Positions 9,001 to 19,066 are shown, numbered from the stretch's first letter. The stretch is DNA of 64,000 bases from Kiritimatiellia bacterium (GCA_017450695.1 JAFSTA010000109.1:8301-72300); one strand, 5' to 3'. The notes: generated by a model from the letters alone, not told the origin. A program made the numbers and translations.

Positions 9001-10380
9001 ATGATTGTTATGACTTGTCAATTTGGAAGAAGAGATTTTTTGCGTGGCCTGGCATACAGCGGCGCGGGCGTGTCGCTCTCCGGAATGTTGTCCGGATGCG
9101 CTTCGTTCGGCGGGGCGTATGAGGACCTGACGGAATTGCGCTGCCCTCCCATCCAGAAGGTGCGCGTGGGCGTGATCGGCCTCGGTATGCGCGGTCCCGG
9201 CGCGGTTCACCACTACTCCGGTATTCCGGGCGTCGAGGTGACGGCGTTGTGCGACCTGTTGCCGGAGCGCGCGGAACGCCAGCGCAATTGGCTGGTGCAG
9301 AAAAAGAAGCCGGAGCCGAAGGTGTACGCGGGACGCGAGGATTCTTGGAAGGAGCTGTGCGATTCCGAGGACGTGGATCTCGTGCATATCACCACCCCGT
9401 GGCTGTTGCACGCGCCGCAGGGCGTCTATGCGCTCAAGGCCGGCAAGCACGCGGTCAGCGAGGTTCCTTGCGCCGTGACGCTGGACGAGTGCTGGGAACT
9501 GGTGGAGACGGTGGAGAAGACCCGTCGCCATTTCATGATGCTGGAGAATTGCTGCTACGGCGAGAACGAGATGTTTGCGCTCTCCCTCTGCCGGAACGGC
9601 GTGTTGGGCGAATTGTTCCACGGCGAGGCTGCCTACAACCACGACCTGCGTTCCCTCCAGTTCGCCGATCTGAAGGGGGGCGGCTATCAGGGGATGTGGC
9701 GGCTCAATTACAACACCGAGCACACGGGGAATCCCTATCCCACGCACGGGCTAGGTCCCGTCTGCCAGTACATGAACATCAACCGCGGCGACCGCTTCGA
9801 GTATCTGACCAGCATCAGTTCGGACGAGTTCGGCCTGCGTGACTACGCGGCGCGGAAGTTCGGCCCGGACAGCCCGGAGGCGAAGAAGAAGTACGCACTC
9901 GGCGACATGAACAACACCATCATCCGCACCGCCAAGGGCCGGACGATCCTGGTGCAGCACGATACCTCCAACGCGCGTCCCTACACGCGCCTGAACCTGA
10001 TTCAGGGAACGAGGGGAATCCTCTCCGACTATCCGTTGCGCGTGGCGCTGGAACCGGACGCCGAACGCTGGATGGACGAGAAGAAGTTGGCGGAACTGAA
10101 AGAGAAGTATGCGCATCCGCTGTGGAAGAAGAACGGCAAGGCCGCGGTCGAACACGGCGGTCACGGCGGGATGGATTATCTCCTCCTGCGCCGTCTCGTC
10201 TATTGTCTGCAGAACGGGCAGCCGCTGGACATCAGCGTGTATGACTCGGCGTTGTGGTGCAGCCTGGTCGAGCTAACCGAGAAGTCCGTCCTCAAGCGCG
10301 GTGCTTCCGTCGAGGTGCCGGACTTCACGCGCGGCGCCTGGAAGACGGCGCAGCCGCTCGGTCTCCTGGATATCGGGTGA
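9001..10380 (+). CDS. TAT-exported Gfo/Idh/MocA-family NAD-binding oxidoreductase (GH109-like fold)
   Basis: Start at ATG 9001 (MIVMTCQFGRRDFLRG, twin-arginine signal). Rossmann motif GVIGLGMRGPG. ~459 aa, typical of GH109/Gfo-Idh-MocA enzymes in PVC bacteria. The ORF track's longer 8854 start was not used. Confidence 0.8.
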   Translation: MIVMTCQFGRRDFLRGLAYSGAGVSLSGMLSGCASFGGAYEDLTELRCPPIQKVRVGVIGLGMRGPGAVHHYSGIPGVEVTALCDLLPERAERQRNWLVQKKKPEPKVYAGREDSWKELCDSEDVDLVHITTPWLLHAPQGVYALKAGKHAVSEVPCAVTLDECWELVETVEKTRRHFMMLENCCYGENEMFALSLCRNGVLGELFHGEAAYNHDLRSLQFADLKGGGYQGMWRLNYNTEHTGNPYPTHGLGPVCQYMNINRGDRFEYLTSISSDEFGLRDYAARKFGPDSPEAKKKYALGDMNNTIIRTAKGRTILVQHDTSNARPYTRLNLIQGTRGILSDYPLRVALEPDAERWMDEKKLAELKEKYAHPLWKKNGKAAVEHGGHGGMDYLLLRRLVYCLQNGQPLDISVYDSALWCSLVELTEKSVLKRGASVEVPDFTRGAWKTAQPLGLLDIG

Positions 10381-10385
10381 TCGCC

Positions 10386-12965
10386 ATGAACAGGCTGATG
10401 GGAAGTTTCTGCGTCTGCGCCTGCTGTCTCGCGACGGCGGGCGCGGTGACGGTCCGCACGGCGTCGCTCGCCGTGCGGCTGGATGACCGCGACGGCGGGA
10501 TTCGCCATCTGGAGGTTTCTGGCGGAACGGGGACGGACGCCCCCGTTCCGTTTTGCGTCTCCAACGCGGTTCCGCTCTTCACGCTCGCCGTCTGCCGGAC
10601 GGAGGAGATTCCCGGCCCGGCCGGACCGCGCTATCTCTCCGCGAACGAGGCGGGACGACTGTCCGTCCAGCCTGAATCGGACGGGTATGTATTGCGGTAT
10701 CAGGACTTCCCGGTGGCGGTGGAGCAGGTGGAGTGTACCGTGCGTCCCTCGCGCGAAGACGGACAGATCCGATGGGGAATGACCGTGCGGATGCAGGATG
10801 GATGGACGCTGGAATGTACGGAATACCCGAAGGTTCCGCTGGCTCTCTTCGAAGGACGGGAGACGGCGTTTGTCGCCGGCAACACAAAGGGCGGCGTCCT
10901 GCGGAATCTCCACCAGCAGAAAAGTTTTACCTACGACTGGACGCAGCCGGGTTCTCTCGCGGCCGGGTTCGCCACCTACCTGGTCGGCAATTCGGGACTC
11001 TACCTAGGCGCGGAGGACGCGGGGTTCAATCCGAAGACCGTTCGCGTCAAGCGCGAAGACGGTGGAATCACCTTGACCGTGCTTCGTCCGACCTGTGAGC
11101 AGGGGAGTAGCCGGCAAGGGTTCGAGATCGCCCTTGGCGGATTCGCGGGCTCGCCCGCCGATTGGCGCGATGCCGCCGACCTCTACAAGCGGTGGGCGGA
11201 AAAGCAGGAGTGGTGCGCCAAGAAACTGACGGAACGCGATGACCTGCCGGTGTGGATGAAGGACGCGCCGACGCTCGTGCGCTTCAGCGGGCGGAACTGG
11301 TTTGAGAATCCGGAACAGACCGTGCGGTGGATCGCCGAGTACGAGAAGAAGTTTTATCCCGACACGCCGATCCTGACCGCGTTTTGGTGCTGGGAGAAGA
11401 TCGCAGCGTGGGTGACGCCCGATTACTTCCCGCCCGTGCCCGACAATGAGACCTTCGCGAAGCTGGTCGCCGATCTCCGCACGCAGGGATGCCACGCCTT
11501 CCCGTGGCCGTCGGGTTATCGCTGGACGTTGTCGTACAACCGTGCCAAGGACGGAAGCGTCCAGTACGAAGATTTGGAGGAGTTCGCGAAGACGGGCGCG
11601 TCCCATGCGGTTGTGACGCGCAGCGGGACGATGCTCCTCGAACGCCCCGGCTGGCTGCAGGGCGGCACCTGCACGTGGATGTGCGGCGGCGACCCGTGGA
11701 CGCACGGCTGGTGGAACGACCGGATCTGCGCCCCGCTGGCGAAGCTCGGATGCGAGATGATCCAGGCGGATCAGACGGTGGGCGGGATGTTCCGCGACTG
11801 TTACAAGAAGAACCACGGCCATCCGCTCGGACGGGGAAACTGGAAGGGCGTGGCGTTCAAACAACAGTTGATCAGCATGGCGGGAACGATGAAGAAGATC
11901 GAGCCGCAAAGCGTGGTCTGCATCGAGGAGCCGAACGAATGGTACAACCATCTCGTCGGCATCCAGGATTACCGCGACGAGGAATGCCGTGCGGAATGGG
12001 CATCCGTTTTCAACTACCTCTATCACGAGTATGTGCCACCGTTCCAAAGCAATCCGAGACGCGGGAACCGTGTGCGGGAGGCGCACCAGCTCGCCGACGG
12101 GCAAATGCCGTTCATCCTGCCGACGATGAACGACCTCTCCGACGAACTGCTGGTGAATCCGTCGTTCGAGGCGCGTGTCCCCAACGGCCATGCCTATGTA
12201 GGCTGGGACAAAGTGAACGGATATGCGGGCGTGGCGTGGAACGGCAAGGCGATTTCAGATTTTGACGTGAAGCACGGCGGCAACTCCTCGCTGCGGCTGG
12301 AGAACCAAGAGGGCGAGATCGTGCAGGTTTCGCAGAACTTTCTCACCTCCGGGTTAGACACGACCCGGACCTACCGGCTCAGTGCTTGGGTACGGGCGGA
12401 GACCGGGGCGGCGCACGCCAGCGCGGACTTTTGCTTTCACCATGCGGACGGGCGGTTTATCGGTCCGGCAAGCGGGAAAAACCGTATGGCATTCCCGATT
12501 GACGGGAACGGATGGAAACGGCTTTCTTCCGATTTCACGATTCCCGTGAACACAACCTACATGCGCATCATGCTCAACCTGACGCAGAAAGGCCGCGTGT
12601 GGCTCGACGATTTCGCATTTGAAGTCGTCCAGCCGGATGGAACAACGACTCGCGTCACGCGCAACCGCAAGGACAGCTACCAGCGCTTTATGAGTCGGTG
12701 GATCACCCTTTACCACACCGAGGCGCGCGACTGGCTGGCGCATGGGAAGATGCTCCATCCGCCCAAGCTCACTTGCGCACAAATCAAGCAGGGAGAACGA
12801 ACGTTCCCCGCAATTTTCCACAACGCATTCCGTGCGCCGGACGGACGCGAGGCGGTCGTGTTGGCCAACGCCACCTACGAACCGCAACAGGCGACGCTCC
12901 AGTGGAAAGGCAAAACGCGACAGGTGACCGTCAATGCTGACGACGCCATTCTGATTTGCAAGTAG
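10386..12965 (+). CDS. Secreted hypothetical protein, putative glycoside-hydrolase-like catalytic region with C-terminal CBM4/9-like jelly-roll domain
   Basis: 859 aa from ATG 10386 (MNRLMGSFCVCACCLATAGA signal). C-terminal segment NPSFE...GW...DDFAFE resembles carbohydrate-binding modules. No confident family match. Confidence 0.45.
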   Translation: MNRLMGSFCVCACCLATAGAVTVRTASLAVRLDDRDGGIRHLEVSGGTGTDAPVPFCVSNAVPLFTLAVCRTEEIPGPAGPRYLSANEAGRLSVQPESDGYVLRYQDFPVAVEQVECTVRPSREDGQIRWGMTVRMQDGWTLECTEYPKVPLALFEGRETAFVAGNTKGGVLRNLHQQKSFTYDWTQPGSLAAGFATYLVGNSGLYLGAEDAGFNPKTVRVKREDGGITLTVLRPTCEQGSSRQGFEIALGGFAGSPADWRDAADLYKRWAEKQEWCAKKLTERDDLPVWMKDAPTLVRFSGRNWFENPEQTVRWIAEYEKKFYPDTPILTAFWCWEKIAAWVTPDYFPPVPDNETFAKLVADLRTQGCHAFPWPSGYRWTLSYNRAKDGSVQYEDLEEFAKTGASHAVVTRSGTMLLERPGWLQGGTCTWMCGGDPWTHGWWNDRICAPLAKLGCEMIQADQTVGGMFRDCYKKNHGHPLGRGNWKGVAFKQQLISMAGTMKKIEPQSVVCIEEPNEWYNHLVGIQDYRDEECRAEWASVFNYLYHEYVPPFQSNPRRGNRVREAHQLADGQMPFILPTMNDLSDELLVNPSFEARVPNGHAYVGWDKVNGYAGVAWNGKAISDFDVKHGGNSSLRLENQEGEIVQVSQNFLTSGLDTTRTYRLSAWVRAETGAAHASADFCFHHADGRFIGPASGKNRMAFPIDGNGWKRLSSDFTIPVNTTYMRIMLNLTQKGRVWLDDFAFEVVQPDGTTTRVTRNRKDSYQRFMSRWITLYHTEARDWLAHGKMLHPPKLTCAQIKQGERTFPAIFHNAFRAPDGREAVVLANATYEPQQATLQWKGKTRQVTVNADDAILICK

Positions 12966-12994
12966 TAGGGCGGGCGGTGGCTGATGCCGCCGCC

Positions 12995-13145
12995 CAGCGT
13001 GTGAAGCCGGGGAAGCCGAGTAAGCGTGTTAAGCCGGTTAAGCGTGTGAAGCCGGATATTCTGGACAATCCAGATACGCAATGCGGTCGCGACGGAGCGC
13101 GACCCTCCCGCTTACCGGGTGAGGCAAGCGACACGCGGGACGGCT
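12995..13145. repeat. REP-like mosaic: TTAAGCGTGT/TAAGCCGG motifs plus hairpin GGTCGCG-ACGGAG-CGCGACC (13085-13104)
   Basis: Members of the same families recur at 6700-6810, 18074-18093, 22140-22420, 22635-22700, 25300-25400 and 32906-32925. Confidence 0.7.
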
Positions 13146-13274
13146 GAATCTCTTTGATCCCGTCAGGGTTGGATTCCTTTTGCTTCAAACCCAACCGCGA
13201 AGCGGCAGGAGTGCCGTTTCCACGAATGACCCTTTCGGAACTCGGAACTGACGCCGAAGCTGCGCCCCGCCGTC

Positions 13275-14627
13275 CTATTCGACGTACATGGGAGGGGGCG
13301 GGAAGTTGGCGGCACCTTCGCGGATTGTCGTCTGTTGTTCCGTTACGCGGAAGATCATCCGGATGCCGACCACCAGCAGGATTGCAACGAGCAATCCCGC
13401 GCCGGTGTATAGCCAAGCCTGTTTCGTGGAGAACAACCGTTTGATCGGCGCGAAGGATCTCTGCGACACCTCGACGGAACTCTGCGCGGTCTTTGAGATC
13501 TTCTCCATCGAAATTTGGACAGCTTGCTTGAACACGACAGAGAACGGCGTTCTGCTTTTCGCGGGCTTCTCTTCCGGTTCCTCGCGGGGAAGATCGGGTA
13601 TCGGTTTGCGAACCTCAGGGACGCTTTCCGGATCATCCGGTATCTCTGTGGCACCGCCCTGCCGAATGGAGACGATCCGACGAGCCATCGAGAAGAGATC
13701 GTCCTCATCGACAGGCGTCTCTGTCTCCTCCATTTCGACAACAGGCGTGGAGAGGTCCGGTTTCACCGGTTCCAGCGGCTCCTCGATTACGGGAACCGGT
13801 GCGGGCTTCCGCACTTCGGGCATTGGGACGGCCTGGGCGGTATCAGCCTTTTGTTCCAAAGGCTTTTCAGTTGTCTCAGGGACGGCGGCAACCTCTTCCG
13901 TAACCGGTTGTTCCACCGCAATCGGCTTTTCCTCAACGGGGGAAGGAATGGGGGGCTGCACTTCCGGAGGTTCGGCGTCGGCGAGAGGCTCTTCTTCCGG
14001 AACGGAGGAAGGCGTTTGCGCGACAGGTGAGGGTTCCGGTTGTGGCTCTGCGGGTGTCTCAACAATCGGCGTCTCAACAATCGGCGTCACGGCAATGGTG
14101 CGCTGGTCAGCTTCCGGAACGGGTGGAGGACTAGGCGGCAGCTCGACGGCTACCGGCGCGACCGGTTTCGGCGGGGTTACGACGATACGGGACTGCGGGA
14201 CTGGGCGCACCGCAGGAACCGGGGACGGTTCACGTTTCGGTGGCGGTTCAATGACCACGGGGCGTGTCGCGACCGTAGGGGTAGGGGGCTGGACCGTTCG
14301 CACGGCAGGTGCCGAAGGTGCGGGCGGTGTAGGTTTCGGAGCCGATTTCGGTAACGGGACGGGCTTGGTCTGCACCTGTGACGGCTTGGCACCGTCATAC
14401 AGCATTGTGAACTCGCGGATCAACAGCTTGATTTGTTCCTGCGGTAATCCGACGCACTCGGCGTAGAGACGCACGAAGCCTTTTCCGTAAATGGCGGCGG
14501 CGATTCGGTGGAAGTCGTCCTTTTCCAGGTCATCGACAATCTGCACCAGAAGGTTCGTGTTTTCCGCGACGTCCTTCTGCGTCATGTTTTTTTCTTCTCT
14601 CGCCTGTTTGAGTACTTCACCTAACAT
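13275..14627 (-). CDS. RodZ-like HTH (XRE-family) membrane protein with long Pro-rich linker
   Basis: 450 aa. N-terminal HTH (MTQKDVAENTNL...). Central P/E/V/A-rich low-complexity region. Single C-terminal TM segment (AWLYTGAGLLVAILLVVGI). Confidence 0.6.
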   Translation of the reverse strand: MLGEVLKQAREEKNMTQKDVAENTNLLVQIVDDLEKDDFHRIAAAIYGKGFVRLYAECVGLPQEQIKLLIREFTMLYDGAKPSQVQTKPVPLPKSAPKPTPPAPSAPAVRTVQPPTPTVATRPVVIEPPPKREPSPVPAVRPVPQSRIVVTPPKPVAPVAVELPPSPPPVPEADQRTIAVTPIVETPIVETPAEPQPEPSPVAQTPSSVPEEEPLADAEPPEVQPPIPSPVEEKPIAVEQPVTEEVAAVPETTEKPLEQKADTAQAVPMPEVRKPAPVPVIEEPLEPVKPDLSTPVVEMEETETPVDEDDLFSMARRIVSIRQGGATEIPDDPESVPEVRKPIPDLPREEPEEKPAKSRTPFSVVFKQAVQISMEKISKTAQSSVEVSQRSFAPIKRLFSTKQAWLYTGAGLLVAILLVVGIRMIFRVTEQQTTIREGAANFPPPPMYVE

Positions 14628-14641
14628 GGCATCCCCCTTTC

Positions 14642-17584
14642 TTACTCATCTTCCAGATCATCCGGCGAAGGAATCGCGGAGATCGGGATGTCCGAATCGT
14701 CGGAATCCCAATCGCCGTCTCCCGCGCCTTGGCCCGGATGCGTCGGAATCACGCTGTCCAAATCGACCAAAATTTCACGCGGCTTCGCTCCGTTCGACGG
14801 ACCGATGTACCCGCGTTCCTCCAAAATATCCATGATACGGGCGGCTTTGTTGTAGCCGAATCCCAACCGGCGTTGAAGCGTACTGGTGGAGGCGCGGTGT
14901 GTCCTGCGGATGACATCGAGCGCGTCCTGGATGTTCTTCTCCTCTTCGCTGTCCTCTCCTTCTGCGGACTGCGCGCCCGGCTCGGGGGATTCCGCCTCGT
15001 TCGACGTTTCATCCCCCATGATGTCTTCGGGCTGGTCTTCCTTGATCGATCCGATCTTGAGCGCCAGTTTCTTGTCGTAGCACGGACGGCAGTGCTGCTT
15101 GATGAAATCGACGACACGCGCGATTTCCGCGTCATCCAGGAACGATCCCTGCGCGCGCATCAGCAGCGACCCGTCTTTCAGGTAGAGCATATCGCCCTTG
15201 CCAAGCAGTTCTTCCGCGCCGGGGCTGTCCAGGATCGTACGGCTGTCATTTGCCTGCGATACCTTGAACGCGATACGTCCTGGGATGTTCGCCTTGATCG
15301 TTCCGGTGATCACATCGACGGACGGACGTTGCGTGGCGAGGATCAAGTGAATGCCGACTGCGCGGGACAATGCGCACAAGCGGCTGATCGCGGGTTCGAT
15401 TTCCTTCCCGACAGCAGCCATGATATCCGCAACCTCATCGATGATGATGACAATGTACGGCAGTTTTTCCGGGTCTCCGCCGTTGATGTTCTCGTCCACG
15501 ACCCCGCCCGCGCGCAGAGCGTTCTTCTCCGCGTACTCGAACAATTCGCCGGGCGGGTCTGGCTTGCGGGAATTGTAGGCGATGATGTTGCGGCATTTCT
15601 TGCTCTGGAGCAACTTGTATCGACGGTCCATCTCCACCAGCGCCCAGCGCAGGCCGAACGCGACCTTCTTCGACTCGTTGATGACGGGCACCAGCAAGTG
15701 TGGCAGATCCTGAAACGCCGTGAACTCAACACGCTTGGGATCGACGAGGATCAGCCGCAGTTCTTCCGGCGTCCTCGACATCAGCAGTCCCGTGATCATC
15801 GAGTTCAGGCAGACGCTCTTTCCCGATCCTGTCGAACCCGCCACCAGCAGGTGCGGCGCCTTCGCGAGGTCGATCACGAGGTCGTTCCCCGCCACGTCCT
15901 TGCCCAGAACCAGCGGAACCGCCATTTTCTCGACCGCGTGTTTCCAAGCGTCGCCAATCAGAATCTCGTGGAACGTGACCGGTGTCTTGACACGGTTCGG
16001 AACTTCAATTCCGATTGCCTTCTTGCCCGGGATCGGGGCTTCGATGCGCAGACTCTCCGCTCCCAGTTCGTACTGCAAGGTCGCGGAATACGACTTGATG
16101 CGATCAACTTTGATTTTCGGTCCCGGCCGCAACTCGTACTGCGTCACCGTAGGTCCGGGGCGCGTGCCGATCACCTCCACGTCGATTCCGAACTGCTGCA
16201 ACACTTCCACCAGCTTGGTGCAGGTTTCGGCAATGTTGTCCTGCATGTCCAGCTTCGTTTGGGGAACGTCGTTCAAGAGCGACAAAGGCGGGAGCGGATA
16301 CTCCTGGTCTTCGGGACGCACCGACATGCCAATCGAGTCGGACGATTCTTCTTTCTTCTCCGGTTCCGGAACGGCGGGTTTTTCGGGCACTGGCTTCTTT
16401 CCGAGTTGCGAAGGCACAACAATCGGAATCTTGCCGCTGACGGGAGGGATTTCTTCCCCGAACGGTGGCGGGGCCGCCGGCTCCTCGTCGTCACGATTTC
16501 CCGACGGTTGCTGTTGCGCGCGTTCCTCGGCCGCCCTTCTCCGTGATTGCAGAATCAGTTCGCGCAAACGCTGTTCGCGCGACTCTTGCTGAAACTTGAC
16601 GTCACGCCGCTGCGCTTCTTCTATTTGCTGCTTCTGCTTTTCTTCCTCGGCTTGTTTCCGTTCCTCTTCGCGTTTCGCGCGTTCCGCCTCTTTTTCGGCA
16701 CGTTCTTTCTCGCGTTCCGCTTCCCGCTCTGCGCGAAGCCGTTTCCGCTCCTCTTCCTTCTCCGCGCGCTCCTTCGCGCGTTGCTCCTCACGCTCCTGGC
16801 GAAGACGTTCCCGTTCGCGGCGAGCGGCTTCTTTCGCCTCCTGTGCATGGATACGTGCGCGTTCCTTGTTGGTCAGACCATCCGGTGAATTCTCACGTTC
16901 CTCTTGTTCCTGCGCGGCAATCGCCGCCTTGCGCCGCTGGTACCAGTTCGCGATTCCGCCGAAGAAGAGGAAGAGTTCGCGGAAACCGATTGCGAAGAGC
17001 AGCGAAAGAAACATGATGCAGGAGAGCAGTACGCTGGCGCCGACCGGGCTAAACCAGCGTTCCAGCAAACAGGTCATCAGCCAGTAGCCGACCGCACCGC
17101 CGGCATTCGGGCGCATATTCAGCTTCTCCAGCGTCGGGGCGAACAAGGACCCGCTTCCCAACTGCAGGAGGCAGCAGAAGGCGACCAGGAAGACCAGCAT
17201 CCAAAACGCGCGGCGAACCATGTGCGTGATCTTGCCGTAGATCAACAGGACGCTGAACAGCAGGACGAGGAAGGGGATGCACCACTGGGCGAGTCCGATG
17301 ATGCTGTATCCGATGAAGACCGACCACGCACCGAAGACGCCGATCAGGTTTGCCGGCGGGGTCAACGGAGGGGTCATCAACACAGAGACGTCACGCCAGT
17401 TGTAGGAAATGAGGCTGAACAAAGGGAAAAGGGCGATGGGAAGCAACAGGAAGCCGACGACACGCCGCCTCACGCGCCGCTCCTCCTCTTGCCGTTCCGC
17501 CATACGATTGGACTTGTTTTCGATCATGGGAATCTCTCTGAAATAGAAGAGAAGTATTTTGACAAACTTGCAAGCAAAAATCAA
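14642..17584 (-). CDS. ftsK: DNA translocase FtsK
   Basis: 980 aa. N-terminal polytopic membrane domain. Walker A LVAGSTGSGKS. C-terminal gamma/KOPS-binding winged helix (LQRRLGFGYNKAARIMD). The linker is an unusual E/R/K-rich charged repeat. Confidence 0.95.
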   Translation of the reverse strand: MIFACKFVKILLFYFREIPMIENKSNRMAERQEEERRVRRRVVGFLLLPIALFPLFSLISYNWRDVSVLMTPPLTPPANLIGVFGAWSVFIGYSIIGLAQWCIPFLVLLFSVLLIYGKITHMVRRAFWMLVFLVAFCCLLQLGSGSLFAPTLEKLNMRPNAGGAVGYWLMTCLLERWFSPVGASVLLSCIMFLSLLFAIGFRELFLFFGGIANWYQRRKAAIAAQEQEERENSPDGLTNKERARIHAQEAKEAARRERERLRQEREEQRAKERAEKEEERKRLRAEREAEREKERAEKEAERAKREEERKQAEEEKQKQQIEEAQRRDVKFQQESREQRLRELILQSRRRAAEERAQQQPSGNRDDEEPAAPPPFGEEIPPVSGKIPIVVPSQLGKKPVPEKPAVPEPEKKEESSDSIGMSVRPEDQEYPLPPLSLLNDVPQTKLDMQDNIAETCTKLVEVLQQFGIDVEVIGTRPGPTVTQYELRPGPKIKVDRIKSYSATLQYELGAESLRIEAPIPGKKAIGIEVPNRVKTPVTFHEILIGDAWKHAVEKMAVPLVLGKDVAGNDLVIDLAKAPHLLVAGSTGSGKSVCLNSMITGLLMSRTPEELRLILVDPKRVEFTAFQDLPHLLVPVINESKKVAFGLRWALVEMDRRYKLLQSKKCRNIIAYNSRKPDPPGELFEYAEKNALRAGGVVDENINGGDPEKLPYIVIIIDEVADIMAAVGKEIEPAISRLCALSRAVGIHLILATQRPSVDVITGTIKANIPGRIAFKVSQANDSRTILDSPGAEELLGKGDMLYLKDGSLLMRAQGSFLDDAEIARVVDFIKQHCRPCYDKKLALKIGSIKEDQPEDIMGDETSNEAESPEPGAQSAEGEDSEEEKNIQDALDVIRRTHRASTSTLQRRLGFGYNKAARIMDILEERGYIGPSNGAKPREILVDLDSVIPTHPGQGAGDGDWDSDDSDIPISAIPSPDDLEDE

Positions 17585-17702
17585 GGATAGAGTTTATGGG
17601 CGCGGGGATGGGACAACTGGGCCGAGGGGGAGAACTGGGACGGGTACCGCATGACCGGCGAGGGCGTCGTCGCTACGCAGCGGACGCGACGGGGCGCGTC
17701 TC

Positions 17703-17847
17703 CCGGATGCCGTTTCGTCGTGACGGGAAGGATTGGGAAACAACAGAGAAAACATCGAGAACAACTTGAATCCGGGCGGATCGCAACCGAGAACGCAGAG
17801 GGAAACATGTCGCCGAATCGGGGAAGCGACACGCCTGTCGCTTTTCG
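17703..17847. repeat. Copy 1 of a ~145-bp direct repeat module (CGGATGCCGTTTCGTCGTGACGGGAAGGATTGGGAAACAACAGAG...GAAGCGACAC)
   Basis: Near-identical to 18245-18389. It lies within a 970-bp gene-free repeat array between ftsK and the csoR-like gene. Confidence 0.85.
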
Positions 17848-18244
17848 GCAGGGCCGTCAATTTAACCATTTCACCATTTCAAAGCGCAGCGATTTAACTT
17901 TCTTGAAGGTCGCGCCTCGTCGTGTCCGCTGTGACGCGAACGGACTAACCGCCCGTTCTTCGGGTAAGTTTTCAGACAGGATTTACTGGATTCACAGGAT
18001 TGGCGGCAGATCCGAATCTTGTAAATCTTGTTCATCCTGTCAAAGTCATGGGGTCGGCCTCACCCGTCGGGAGGGTCGCGCCCCGTCGCGACCGTTTGCG
18101 TAGCGACGGCGCCCACGCCGTCGAACCGGGTAAGTTTGCTCACGCGGAGGCGCGGAGAGCGGGAGGGGCAACGTCCCCGTTGCCCGACTTGGGAGGGTCG
18201 CGCCCCGTCGCGACCGTTTGCGTAGCGAGGCAAGGCGCCTCCCC

Positions 18245-18389
18245 CGGATGCCGTTTCGTCGTGACGGGAAGGATTGGGAAACAACAGAGACAACATCGAG
18301 AACAACTTGAATCCGGGCGGATCGCAACCGAGAACGCAGAGGAAAACATGTCGCCGAATCTGGGAAGCGACACTCTTGTCGCTTCATGC
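18245..18389. repeat. Copy 2 of the ~145-bp direct repeat module
   Basis: Same sequence as 17703-17847 with a few substitutions. Ends in the GAAGCGACACTCTTGTCGCTTC hairpin. Confidence 0.85.
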
Positions 18390-18497
18390 GGTGCGGGCAA
18401 GCTACCCGTTGTACCACGCCCAGTGGAACGGGCCGCCTGCCCGTTCACGCCGCAGGGAACGCCCGATGCGTCCATTACGAATCCAGGAAGAATGGTC

Positions 18498-18526
18498 TTG
18501 CACAGGGAACGGAAGGGGGATATAAT
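18498..18526 (+). promoter_or_regulatory. Putative promoter of the csoR-like/copA operon (TTGCAC, 17-nt spacer, TATAAT), followed by RBS GGAGG
   Basis: Perfect -10 TATAAT at 18521-18526, weak -35. GGAGG sits 8 nt before ATG 18559. Confidence 0.4.
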
Positions 18527-18558
18527 GGCTTTTTTATCCGTAAACATGAGGAGGAAAT

Positions 18559-19062
18559 ATGTCGGAAATGTTTGACAAACTTGCTTTGAACACGCAACAG
18601 GATCAACCGCCTGTCGAGCCAGTCGCCGAAGCAAATGAGACGCCCGTCGCGGTAGAGACGGTTGCGGATGCAACCGCATTAGATAACCCCACTGATTCAA
18701 TTGCGAATGCGGGCGCAGAAGGCATGGCAACGGAACTGGAGCTTCCGTTTGATTTGGCTGATGATTCAAAGGATGCCTTGCACGATCAGGTCGCGGAGGA
18801 AATTGGAGAAAGTCTCAAACTCTTGGTGAATCGCCTCAGCCGAGTGGAAGGCCAAATTCGCGGCATCAAGCGTATGCTGCTGAACAAGGCGAACATCATC
18901 GATATTCTCATCCAATCCACGGCTGTCTTTTCCGCGGTGAACGGCTTCAACAAGAAAATCATTGAGACCTTCATCTACACTCGTGTTCTTCCAGAAGTCC
19001 AGCAGGGAAACATGGCCGCGGTGGATGAGTTGGTCACCGCGATGAATCGCATCGTAAAGTAG
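18559..19062 (+). CDS. CsoR/RcnR/FrmR-fold (DUF156) protein with acidic N-terminal extension, lacking the canonical Cys/His metal ligands
   Basis: 167 aa. The C-terminal 80 aa align with CsoR (NRLSRVEGQIRGIKRML...). The Cys/His ligand positions are occupied by Ile/Phe/Arg-like residues, and the protein has no Cys and one non-aligned His. Its stop lies 4 nt before copA. Confidence 0.6.
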   Translation: MSEMFDKLALNTQQDQPPVEPVAEANETPVAVETVADATALDNPTDSIANAGAEGMATELELPFDLADDSKDALHDQVAEEIGESLKLLVNRLSRVEGQIRGIKRMLLNKANIIDILIQSTAVFSAVNGFNKKIIETFIYTRVLPEVQQGNMAAVDELVTAMNRIVK

Positions 19063-19066
19063 CCGG

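Noticed and set aside
8788-9747. 319-aa minus-strand ORF
   Set aside because: It overlaps and is antisense to the TAT-Gfo/Idh/MocA gene, which has a promoter, RBS and signal peptide.
13288-14466. 392-aa Gly/Ser/Thr-rich + strand ORF
   Set aside because: It is the antisense reading of the Pro-rich linker of the RodZ-like gene (CCN codons read as NGG).
14729-16546. 605-aa + strand ORF inside ftsK
   Set aside because: It is antisense to ftsK. It is Arg-rich with no domain signatures.
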